Positions 51,031 to 62,045 of a stretch of 64,000 nt of DNA are shown here, piece after piece (position 1 is the stretch's first letter; each line of letters starts with the position of its first letter). The stretch lies in NCBI GenBank assembly GCA_963748815.1, contig CAVVKJ010000010.1:96001-160000 (forward strand), in the 5' to 3' direction. The position numbers were made by a program, and so were the translations under genes. The stretch comes from an uncultured Gemmatimonadales bacterium. GTDB lineage: Bacteria; Gemmatimonadota; Gemmatimonadetes; Gemmatimonadales; GWC2-71-9. The notes under the pieces were generated by a model that worked only from the letters and a program-made list of their open reading frames with translations, had not been told where the DNA came from and did no database searches.

Positions 51031-54000
51031 ATGAAGTTCTTTAGCGCGGCGCATACGGCGACAGGCCGTTCGAGGCTCCATCCTGCCCATTGGGCAGGGT
51101 GGGGTCTTGGCGTGCTTGCCCTGTTCGTGTCCGTCGCGAACCTGCGCGCCCAGGCCCTGCCGGCTGGGACCCAGATCTCGAACGTCGCGCAGGTGTCCTG
51201 GCAGGACGAAAACGGGCTGGCCTTTTCGACCGGCTCGAACACGGTGGTGCTGACCGTTGGCCAGGTCGCGGGCGTCGATGTCGAACCGCCCCGTTCCTCG
51301 GTCAGCGACCCCGGCACGACCGTGTGGTTTGCGCATACCCTGCAGAACATCGGCAACGGGACGGACAGCTTCACCGTTGCCGCGCGCTCCAGCGCCGGCT
51401 GGCCGGTCCGCGTCTACCAGGACGCCAACGGCAATGGAGCGCTCGATCCAGGAGAACAGCTCGTCGCGGGACCGATCCCGCTGGTGGCGGGCGCCACCGC
51501 CAACCTGCTGCTGGCCGTCGATGTCCCCGGCGTGGCCACGGTCCGCGGCGTCATCGACACCCTGTCGCTGACTGGCACCTCCGAATTCGATCCGGCCGTG
51601 AGTGACAGCGTCGCCGACCAGCTCCAGATCCGGGATGTCGGCATCGCGGTGACCCTGGCCAAGACGGTCGACCGGCCCACGGCGTCCCCGGGTGACATTC
51701 TCTCCTATACTATTGGGTATCAGGCGACCGGCCCCGATTCGGCCGCCAACTTCCGGATTGCCGACCCGATCCCGGTCGGCGCGGTCTACCTCCCCGGCAG
51801 CATCCGGCTCAACGGCGCGCCGCTCACCGACGCCGCCGGCGACGACGCCGGCACCTTCGATGCGCTCAACAATCAGGTCGTCCTTGTCCTTGGAAGCGTT
51901 GCCGGGGGATCCGCCGGCACCGTCGGCTTCCAGGTCCGTGTCGGTGCGCTGCAGACGATCACCAACGTCGCGGGCGCCACCTACCAGACCGTGGCTGGCA
52001 CCGACTCCGTGGCCTCCAATCCCGTGCAGACCGGAGTGGTCGCGCCGGAGGCCACGCTCCTCAAGACCCTGATCAGCCCGCCGACGGCCCGGGTGGGTGA
52101 GAGCGTCCAGTACCAGGTCGCGTGGGGGAATCCCTCGCCGTCGGCCGTCGTGCTGGGCGCCGTCGTGACCGACACGATCCCGGCCGGCCTTGACTACGCC
52201 TCGTCGCTGCCGGCGGCGGTGGTGGCGGGGCGGGTGTTGCAGTGGTCGCTCGGCGACCTGGCGGCCGGAAGCACCGGCCAGATTCAGTTGACCCTGACGG
52301 TGGCCGCGAGCGTCACCGACACACAGCGCGTCGTCAATACCGCCACGCTCACCTCGCTCAACGCGCCGGAGCAGCGCTCCACCGCGTCGGAACTCCTGCT
52401 GATCGGGCCTCCGTCGCAGCAGCTCTCCCTGACGAAGACCGCCGACGTCATCGAGGTGAGCCTCGGCGAGACGGCCCCCTTCACCCTGGTGGTCGGCAAC
52501 CAGGGGACGGTGGACCTCACCGACATCCAGATTCACGATCAGCTTCCCGAGGGCACCCGGTATGCGCGGGGCACCGCGACCGGCGTGGACTCGGTCCGGG
52601 CGAACGGCCGGGACCTGACCTTCTTCATTGCCGGTCCGCTGGCGCCCGGCGCCGACCACACGGTGCACTACGTGATTGCGGTCGTCTCGGCCTCGTCCAC
52701 CACGCTGCAGAACACCGCCCTGGCCGTGGCGGGCGGCGTGGTCCGCTCCGCCGAGGCCACGGCCTCGCTCCGCGTGAGCAGCGCGTGGGCCATGCAGGAC
52801 CGGGCCGTCATCGGCAAGGTCTGGGTCGACGTCAACAACAACGGCATCCAGGAATTCGGCGAGGGCGGGATGCCGGGCGTCGACATCTGGACCGAAGACG
52901 GCGACATCGCGACCACCGATGCTGACGGCCGCTTCTCCTTCCGGAACATGCAGCCCGGCACCCAGCACGCCTTCCGGCCTGACTTCGGCACCATTCCGGC
53001 CGGGTACCAGATCGCCGACAAGGGCGTGGAGCGCCTGCTGGTGACCCGCGACGCCACCGGCTGGACCACACCCCGCGTGGATTTCCGCCTGGTGCCGAAC
53101 GCGGCGCGCATGTCGGGGGTGCGCCTTCCCCTCGGATGGAGCCTTGCCGCCCGGACCATCGGAGTCCCGACCGATACGGCGACGGCCACGACGCGACTGC
53201 AGCAGCGCGACTCCGTCGCCAGGAACGGCTACCTCGACATTCCGCCGCTCGAGATCCGGAACATCACCTTCGCCTCCAACAAGTACGCCCTCTCCCGGAC
53301 GGCGACCGGCATGCTGGACAGCCTGGCGCCCTGGTTCAACGCCCATCCCGACCTGTCCGTGATCATCCGCGGGCACACCGACGCGGTCGGCTCCGTGGAT
53401 CACAACCGGATGTTGTCGGAGGAGCGCGCCAAGGCGGTCATCCGGCAGTTGGCGGCGGCTGGCGTCGACTCGACCCGGCTCATCCCGATCGCGTTCGGCT
53501 CGACCAGCCCGGTCGCCGGCAACCAGACCGCCGAGGGGCGGGCCCTGAATCGCCGGGTCGAGCTGCGGATCGTGTACGCGACCCAGATTCGCGCTGTGAG
53601 CGATCAGATCGAGTCGCTCAGCGTCGCGCCTCCGGTGGAACAGCGGGAGATCGAGGTGGGGATTCAGAACAGCTACGGAATCCCGCTTTCCGACCTCACC
53701 GTCGCCTTCCCGGTCGCGCTCGACTCCGTCGAGCTGCTGATCAACGACTCCGTGGTGGGCCGGGCTGCCGGGACGATCGTGGCGCTGCCGATCATTCCCG
53801 CGCACGCCAGGTTCCTCCTGCGCGGCTGGACCGCGCGCGCGGATGCCTCGGCGTCGGCGGAACTGTCGCTGGCAGGCACGCCGCTGAGCCGCCTGAACGT
53901 TTCGCTCGCCGACTCGACCGCGCGCGTGGCGGCGGTGACGGCACCGGTCATTGCGGCCGACAGCCTCCCGGACATGGCGGCCCTCCCGGCCGGCGGCGAG

Positions 54001-57000
54001 GTGGCGATCACGCTCTCCGCTCCCCAGGCGGGTTGGCAGAAGCAGGCCACCTTCGCCCTGCCGACGGGGTGGCGGACGGAGGCGGACAGCACCGCCGCCC
54101 CGGCCACCGTGCAGAATGGCAACGGTGGCGAGGCCCTCACCTGGAACTTCTCCGAGGCACCGACCGGCCCGATCGAACTGCGGATGGTCCCGGCTGGTGC
54201 CGTGGCGCCGAGTGCGCCGGCCCGGATCGAGCCGCTCCGCCCCTCCGCGGCGAGGCTCGCCGAGCAGCAGAATGCGTTCCTGGCCGGGCCCGGCGTCGAG
54301 ATCGTCAGCCCGACCGACGGGACGATCCTGCGGAGCGACCGTGTGTACATCGGTGTGCGCGGTGAACCGGGCGCGCCGGTGACGCTGTTCGACGGCGACT
54401 CCGTGCTGGCGCAGGCCCAGCTCCGCCCGGACGGCGTCCAGGACTTCATTGCGGTGGCGCTCGCCGTCGGGCCGCATCGGCTCCGGGTGCGCATGAAGAA
54501 CTCCTGGTCGAAGGAGCGCTGGGACAGCGTGTCGGTGCATGTCACGGGCGCGCCGGCGTCGTTCGCGGCGGACCAGCGGCGCGTCGCGCTGGTGGCCGAC
54601 GGCCAGACGATCGCCACGGCGCGGGTCCGGGTGCTGGACGCCTGGGGCGTGCCGGTGGTCAACCGGCCGCAGGTCACCGCCGTTGCGGACGGCGCCGAGG
54701 TGGTGAACACCGATGCGGATCGCTCGTCGGTCGGGGTGCAGGTGACGGTCGACGAGGGAGGCTGGCTGACCATCCTCCTGCGCCCCGGACATTCGGTCGG
54801 GGAGGGAAGCCTCCGCCTTTCGTACGCGGCGCTCCACGGCGAATTGCCCCTCGACATTCTCCCCGCCGTCCAGCCGCTGCTGCTGACGGGTTCGGGCCTC
54901 GTCGGGATCGGCGCCAGCTACTCCGCCTACGGCGCGGTGACGGCGCGCGGCCATCTCGACGATCGCACCTCGTTCCTGGTGAGCTACGACTCCCGGCGGC
55001 TCGACGCCGGCACCGATGCCTTCGCGCGCAGCGCGGACCCGCTGGCCGAGGCGCAGTACCCGATCCTGGGCGACGCGAGCCTCTACCGGACGATGAGCGC
55101 CTCGACCTACCAGCTCTCGGCGCGCGTCGAGCGCGGCTACGACTGGCTCGCCTTCGGCGACATCGGGATCAACGGGGGCCTCGGTTCGGAACTGGGGCTC
55201 AGCACCTACCGGCGGGCGTTGCCGGGCCTCGCCGCCCGCTATACGACCGGGCCGGTGGTGTGGCAGGGCTTCGGCGCGGTGACCACCCAGTTGCTGCAGC
55301 AGACGCAGATTCGCGGGTCCGGCATTTCCGGGCCCTACCAGTTCGGCAGCACCATTCGCTTCGGCACCGAGCAGGTGACGGTGGAGACCCGGGAGCGGAA
55401 CAACGCGGAGCATATCCTCAGCCGCGAGGTGCTCACCCGGTTCGTGGATTACGAAATCGACTACGAAACCGGCTCGCTGCTCCTGAAGCGGCCGGTGCCC
55501 GCGGCCGACGCCTCCGGCAATCCCGTCTACCTCGTGGTGCTCTACGAGGCGGAAAGCGGCGGCTCGAGCAGTGAAGTCTGGGGTCTGCGCGCCACCGTGG
55601 ATGGCACCCAGTGGATCCGAAGCACCCTGTTCGACTCTGCACGCGTCGGCGCCACCTTCGTGCACGAGAGTCCGGATGCCGGCGGCCACCAGCTCCTCGG
55701 CGCCGACCTGCGCCTGGTCGAGCAGCACGGGCTGGCGCTGGGCGGCGAGGTGTCGTTCTCCGAGGGCCCTGACTCCAGCGGCACGGCCACGGCGCTGGCG
55801 GGTTCCTATGGGTTCCTCGGCGGGTCAGGGCTGCTCTTCGCCAAGTGGCTGGGCGTGAGTCGCGAGTTCGGGAATCCGGCGAACCCGGCGCTGCAGGGCG
55901 GCACCAGCGCCATCGACCTCGGCGCACAGTACAAGCGGGATGGGCGCGAGTTCCAGCTCGGGTACAACTGGCAGCGATTCGACATACAGGACCAGGAGCG
56001 GCAGGAGGCGCGGGCCAGCGTCCTTCAGCCGATCGGTGCCGAGGTGCAGGTGCTCGGCGCGCTGACGAGCCACCGCTTCCAGGGGCCCGACCTGGACGAC
56101 GAGCTCTGGGGCGCCGAGGCGAAGCTCAGCTGGAAGCCGGAAGGACGACTCGGAATGTGGACCGAGGGCCGGGTCGACCTGGGAGGCGACGGCGCGTCGC
56201 AGAGCCCCAGTTTCGTTGGCGTCGGCGCGTCGTTCGCCGTCACGAGCGCAGTGTCGCTCGAGGCGCGGCACCGGCGCGCCTTCCTCCCCGGCGACTCGGG
56301 GAGCTACAGCGTCACCGACATCGGAATCAAGACTCGGATCGGCGCCGGGACCGAGGCCTACGGCTCGTACCAGCTGGCCGGCGTTTCCGGGGCCGACAAC
56401 GCCGCCCTCGTCGGCCTGCGGAACCGACTCCAGGTCGGGTCGAGCTGGACGCTCAACACGCTGTTCGAGCGCCGGGTCGGGCTCAACGCAGCGGGCACCC
56501 TCGATCCGGTGCGGGCGGCTCCGTTCCTCCAGCAGGAAGAGGACTACTGGTCGGCCGGCCTCGGGGCGGAGTACCTTCCGCTGCTGGCGCCCTACCGGCT
56601 GAGCATGCGCGCCGAATTCAAGGACGGAGAAATCAACAGCAACCGGCTGCTGGCCCTCGCGGGCGACATCTCGCTGAACTCCGGGCTTGCCCTGCTGACC
56701 CGGCAGAATCTGCTCAAGACCGAGCAGACCAACGCGGACACCGCGGTTGTCGGGCATGCCTACGGGTCGTTGTGGGGCCTCGCGTTCCGGCCGACCCGCA
56801 GCAACAAGTTCAACATCCTGGCCAAGTATCAGTGGATCAACGTGCTGAATCCCAACCGGGGCAGCGTGCTGGGAGGCTCAGGCGAGGAGGGCCGGAACAT
56901 CCTGGCGCTCGAGGCCATCTACCAGCCGTCGGCCGCGAGTGAGATCACCGCCCGGATCGCCAGCCGCCGGAGCACCTCCAGCATCGTGGCCTCGGACGGC

Positions 57001-57328
57001 ACCAGCGTGGCGCTCAAGTCGCTGGCCGACTTCGTGGGATTGCGGGGGAGCCTGGTCTTGCGGCCGCAGCTGGAGGCCCGGCTCGACGGGCGGCTGCTGC
57101 TGGAGCGGACCAGCGGGGAGTCGCGCTATCAGATCTCGCCACAGCTCGCCTTCCTGCCGCAGCAGACGCTCGAAGTCGTCGACCGGGTACCGGTTCGGCG
57201 ACTTGCAGGACCCCGACTTTGCCTCCGATGGCGGCGACGGGTGGTTCGTGACCTTCAGCGCCCGGGTAAGCGAGCAGACCATCGCGTCGGCCGCCGACTT
57301 CTGGCGCCAGCGCTTCGGTGGAAAGTAG
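51031..57328 (+). CDS. Giant (~2,100 aa) DUF11x3 + SdrD_B-like + OmpA_C + Ig + C-terminal beta-barrel outer-membrane protein (gene C; frameshift ~57180)
   Basis: Three K..D..N DUF11 repeats, GKVWVD.NNNG.Q..GE.G, GHTD..GS..N..LS..RA / NRRVE; long amphipathic-strand C-terminus ending GYRF...WFVTFSAR in a second frame. Confidence 0.8.
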
Positions 57329-60300
57329 ATGCCCATGCCACGCTTCCAGCACCCGATCCGGCACCGGCGATCCCCCACCAGGGGCGGCTCGATCGTGCGC
57401 GCCATCGTGCTGGCCGTGTCGCTGGCGTGTGCCTGGCCGGCCATCGCGCAGGCGCAGCTCCAGATGTACGGCACCAACGCGAACGGCATCTACCGGATCA
57501 ACAGCGCGACGGGTGCGGGGGTCCAGCTCTACACCGGCACACCGTTCACCGGGGGATACGCCGCGGGCGCCGCCCAGCGGCCCAGTGACGGCATGCTCTT
57601 CTTCGTGGTCGGCAGCGGAGGCAACGACGCCCTCTATCGCTGGGACCCCGCCACACCCGCCACGGCGCCGGTCTTCGTGGGCAACACCGGTGTGCCGTAC
57701 ATGCCCCGGTTGGGATTCAGCACGTCAGGCGTCCTGTACGGCGTGGACATGGGGACCGACAACATCTACCTGCTGAACCAGACGACCGGCGCCGGCACGG
57801 CCACGGGCGCGGCGCTCAGCGGCGGGCCGGCGGGAAATACCGGCGGTGACCTCGCCTTCCACCCTGCCGACGGGTACATCTACATCCCCACCGGTACCGG
57901 CAACCCCTACACGCTCTACCGTGTGCCCGTGACGGGTGGCGCATTGACGAGCGTGTCCACCTTCTCCGGCATGCCGTGCGATCCGTCGGGTGCGGCCTTC
58001 GACGCCGCGGGCACGCTGTTCATCCAGTGTTCCACCTCGAACAACATCTACACCATTCCGCTGACCGGCGGCGCGGCCACGCTGGTGGGCGTCGGTCCGC
58101 GCGGGGTTGCAGGACCTGGCCTCCGTCCCGGTGCCGCCCCCTACCGTCACGATGGGGTTCGCGCCCGGCACCGTGGGAGCGCCCGGCGCGACGTCGGTCC
58201 TGACCATCACGCTCACCAACTCCGCCGCCGTGCAGCAGCGCGGGGCCGGCTTCACCCTCGGCTATCCGGCCAACCTGGTGAACGCCCCGACGCCCGCCGT
58301 GGCCACGACCTGCGGCGGCCCCGCCACCGCCGCCGCCGGCGGCGGAAGCGTGGCGCTTGCCGGCGGGACGATCCCCGCCGGCGGGAGCTGCACCATCTCG
58401 GTGACCGTGACGGCCACCTCGACCGGCACCTACGTCGTCACCCTGCCGGCGGGAGGCCTGCTGACGGTGATCGGCGCCAATGTTTCCCCAGCCTCCGCGA
58501 CCCTCACGGTCGGCGCGGGGTTTTCCGGGACGGTGTTCGAGGACGCGAATTATGGAGGCGGCGCCGGGAGGAGCCTCGCGGCGTCGGGCGGGGTGGGCGT
58601 GGCGGGGGCGCGAGTGGAGCTCTACAACGGGGCAGGGGCCTACGTCGGCTTCACGACCACCAACGCCACCGGCGCCTACAACTGGCCGAACCTCGCCGCC
58701 GGCAACTACACGGTCCGGGTGGTCAACCTCACGGTCCCGTCGGCGCGCGCCGGGTATGTCGCCGCTCTGATTCCGGTTCAGACGTTCCGGGTCAACGCCA
58801 CCAGCGGCTCGGCGGTGGCGGTGACCGATCGCGTCGGCGGCCAGGACCCGAACGTGGCCGACGCCGCCAACGGCGGGTCCGGGACCACGATGAACACCGC
58901 CACCGGCCTCTTTACCGCCGGCGTCACCGGGCAGGCCCAGTCCATCGCCACGGTCACCATCAGCGGAGCGGGCAATGTCACCGATGTGGACTTCGGGTTC
59001 AGCTTTGACGTCATGGTCAACCGGAACACCACGGGGCAGGGAAGCCTCCGGCAGGTGATGACCAATGCCAACGCCCTTTCGAACGCCGGGCTGGCGCAGG
59101 CAGGGCGGACGGCCGGTACCGAGAACGTGGTCTTCATGCTCGCGAATGGCACCGCCTTCCCGGGCACCAATGCCGGGTACCCGAACCAGTTCTCCGGCGG
59201 CGTGGCCACCATCAACCTGACCAGCGTCCTCCCGACCATCACCTCCGCGCTGGTGCTCGACGCGCAGACCCAGCCGGGGTGGTCAGGCGTGCCGATCGTC
59301 GAGCTCAATGGCAGCGGCGCGGGCGCGGGCGGCGACGGGTTCACCATCAGCTCCGCCAACAACGTGGTGAGCGGGTTCGTGATCAACCGCTTCGGCGACC
59401 AGGGTGTGATCCTCACCGGCGCGGGAGCCACCGGCAACCTGGTGGCCGGCAACTACATCGGCGTGAACGCCTCGGGCACCGCCGCCTCCGCCAATGGCAG
59501 CTATGGCATCCAGATTCTCGGCGGCGCCAGCAACAACACGATCGGCGGCACCACCGCCGCCGTGCGGAACGTCATTGCCGGCAACGCCTCCGCCGGCATC
59601 CGGATCCGCGATGCCGCCAGCACCGGCAACGTGATCCTCGGCAACTACATCGGACTGAATGCCGCCGGCACCGGGGCGCTGGGCAACGCGGCCGAGGGCG
59701 TGCTGATCAACAACAGTGCCGGCGACAATACGATCGGCGGGACCGGGGCGGGAGCCGGGAACCGGATTTGGTACAACGCGGGAGACGGTGTCGTCGTGAC
59801 GTCGAATGCCGCGGACGGCAACGCCATCCTCGGCAATTCCATCGCGTCGAACACGGGGCTGGGCATTGACCTGGGGAACAACGGCGTCACCGTCAACAAT
59901 GGGTCGAAGTCCAACAATCAGCCCAACGACGGCATGGATTACCCTGTCTTCACGTCGGCCTCGGTGAACGGCGCCCTCCTGACCGTGGCGGGCTACGTCG
60001 GAAGCGCGGCCGGTCAGTCCACATTCGGTGGGGCCCGGGTCGAGATCTTCCGGTCGGACAACGACCCCACCGGGTATGGCGAGGGGCCGGTCTATCTCGG
60101 CTTCCTCACCGCCGCGGCGAACGGCAACTTCAGCGGCTCCGTGTCGCTGGGCGGAGTGGTCGGGGGAGACCGGATCACCGGCACCGCCACCGACGCCGCC
60201 GGCAACACCTCGGAATTCGGGCTCAACCTCGTGGTGGCTGCCCCGCCGCCGGTGCTGGCGCTCACCAACATGGTGAGCCCGGGCGGCGCCCAGATGCCGG

Positions 60301-60629
60301 GCACCGACCTCACCTATACCATCATGTTCGTCAACAACGGGGGCACGGCAGCCACGGGCGTGGTCCTGGTGGATTCGCTGACGACGAGGGTGGACTTCAA
60401 GATCGGCTCGGTGACCTCGAATCTCGGCACCACCGGCCTCACGGTGGCGGTGTCCTATTCGAACAACAACGGCACGAGCTATGTGTATGTGCCGGTGAGC
60501 GGTGGTGGCGGGGCGCCCGCAGGGTACGACCGCAACGTGACCAACGTCCGGTGGGCCTTCACCGGGAGCCTGAGCGCCACCGCGCCGAACAACGCCGGGA
60601 GCGTCGGCGTCATTGGGCGAATACGCTAG
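57329..60629 (+). CDS. Large secreted adhesin-like protein: beta-propeller + Ig + SdrD_B-like + beta-helix + terminal truncated DUF11 (gene D; frameshift ~58100)
   Basis: Signal AQA|Q; GDLAF/LYR propeller blades; GSLRQ..TNAN, GN.IG.NA.GT.A..N beta-helix repeats, GNTSEF; PGTDLTYTI. Confidence 0.8.
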
Positions 60630-60642
60630 CGACCCTTCCTGG

Positions 60643-61617
60643 CTACAGCTCGAACACCATCCCCTCCCGCGCGATCCCGAACCCCCGCCGCGCGATTTCG
60701 AGCTGCTGCGGCCCGCCGTCATCCAGTGCCGGGTTGGAATTGTTCAGGTGGGTCAGCACGATTCGTGTGTCCCCCTGATCGGCGACCCCCTGAAGCGCAT
60801 CCATCGTCTGCGTCATCAGCGGGTGCGGGACCTCCTCCACCGACCGTCCCGGCAGCTCATCCATCGACCAGAACGAGCCGTCCAGCAGCGCGATGTCGAC
60901 GCCGCGGACCGCCGTGGCCACGTCCCGCTCCCACCTTGACCAGGAGTTGATGTCCGGGAGAAACAAGATCGACGCGTCGGGACCGCGAAAGACGAATCCC
61001 ACCGTGTCCGCCTGCTCGTCCCGGTGCGGCACCTTCCAGAGCTGCACCTCGAGCAGCGGGTCGATCCGGTGCCATCGATCGAGCGCGAGCGGCTTCAGGT
61101 CGATGCGCCCCTGCTCGACCAGGAACCGCCAGGGGTAGTTGGCGGCGAGGAAGTCGGCCATCGCCTGAGTGCAGAAGACCGGCGTCTTCCGCATCCCCAT
61201 CCCCTCGTTGCCCAGCACGGCGAGCCCGGCGTAGTGGCCGATGTGGGCGTGGGTGAGGAAGATCCCGTCGAACGGCCTCCGTTCGGCGGCGCGGCCTCGG
61301 AACGAGGGCTCCGTGATCAGGTCGAGCTGCCGCGTGATGTCGGGGGTGGCGTCCACCAGATAGAACCGCTCGGCCCCGGGCTCCACCAGCGCGAGCGACG
61401 AGACGAAGCGCCCGCGGCCGCTCGCATGCAGTGCGCGTCCGTCGTTGCAGCGGGCGGTGTAGCAACCCACCTGGGGGAAGCCGGCGTCCTGCACGGACCC
61501 GAGGACGAGCGCGTAGAGCTCGCCGGCGGTTCGGGAGGCACGCCAGGGGAACCCCTGCAGGGAACGCGGGAGAAGTCCTGCCGCCACGAACGCGGAAACA
61601 AACTGCCGACGCTGCAT
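60643..61617 (-). CDS. PqqB-like metallo-beta-lactamase-fold hydrolase with Tat signal
   Basis: RRQFV; LGSVQDAGFPQVGC....C, DATPD, LTHAHIGHY, VPHRDE, LDG.F, PHP, THLNNSNP. Confidence 0.85.
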   Translation of the reverse strand: MQRRQFVSAFVAAGLLPRSLQGFPWRASRTAGELYALVLGSVQDAGFPQVGCYTARCNDGRALHASGRGRFVSSLALVEPGAERFYLVDATPDITRQLDLITEPSFRGRAAERRPFDGIFLTHAHIGHYAGLAVLGNEGMGMRKTPVFCTQAMADFLAANYPWRFLVEQGRIDLKPLALDRWHRIDPLLEVQLWKVPHRDEQADTVGFVFRGPDASILFLPDINSWSRWERDVATAVRGVDIALLDGSFWSMDELPGRSVEEVPHPLMTQTMDALQGVADQGDTRIVLTHLNNSNPALDDGGPQQLEIARRGFGIAREGMVFEL

Positions 61618-61737
61618 CAGCCAGCCTCATTGCCAAGTGGTAAAAATCACCTTAAGATGATAAATCCAACGCCCGAGGGTCGTCCCCTATGCGCGCTGTC
61701 ACCAGCGCAGTTCACCGTCCATCTGCACTCTGGCGCA

Positions 61738-61947
61738 ATGTCGATCCTCGCCCTCGTGCCAACGCGCCGGTTCCTCCTCAACCAACAGGGAGCGTCCCTC
61801 TCGGCGACCGTCGCGCTGGTGGCCCTGCTGTCGCTTGGCAGCGGATTCATCTTCTCCCGCCGGGCGGGATTCTGCAACTCCCTCTGCCCCGACTGCACCG
61901 CCTGCGCGGTCCGCGGGGGCGTGGAGCTCACGTGGGGTGGGACCTGA
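61738..61947 (+). pseudogene. Probable remnant of a membrane 4Fe-4S-binding (CxxxCP) protein
   Basis: LVP.R.FL.N..G + TM + AGFCNSLCP, then CTAC and an early stop; no intact gene around it. Confidence 0.4.
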
Positions 61948-62045
61948 CATTAGAATGCATATGGACAGGCATCGGCCAGAACCGCGTCGGGTGGTGATGA
62001 CGCGGCATGGGGCTGCCTGCCAAACATGAGGTGAGGTTCGAAACC

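Noticed and set aside
50353..55728. 1791-aa minus-strand ORF, plus other long antisense ORFs (e.g. 40243..42021, 36936..38657, 26495..28267)
   Set aside because: Antisense shadows of real genes caused by high-GC codon bias; R/G/V/H-rich with no motifs
59400..59900. DNA repeat array or CRISPR-like repeats (GGCAACTACATCGG twice)
   Set aside because: Coding repeats of the beta-helix domain; no spacer structure and no cas genes
49183..60629. Classical chaperone-usher, sortase, type IV or type V (Bacteroidia) pilus locus
   Set aside because: No PapD/PapC motifs, LPxTG or sortase, prepilin cleavage site or lipoprotein pilin signal recognised
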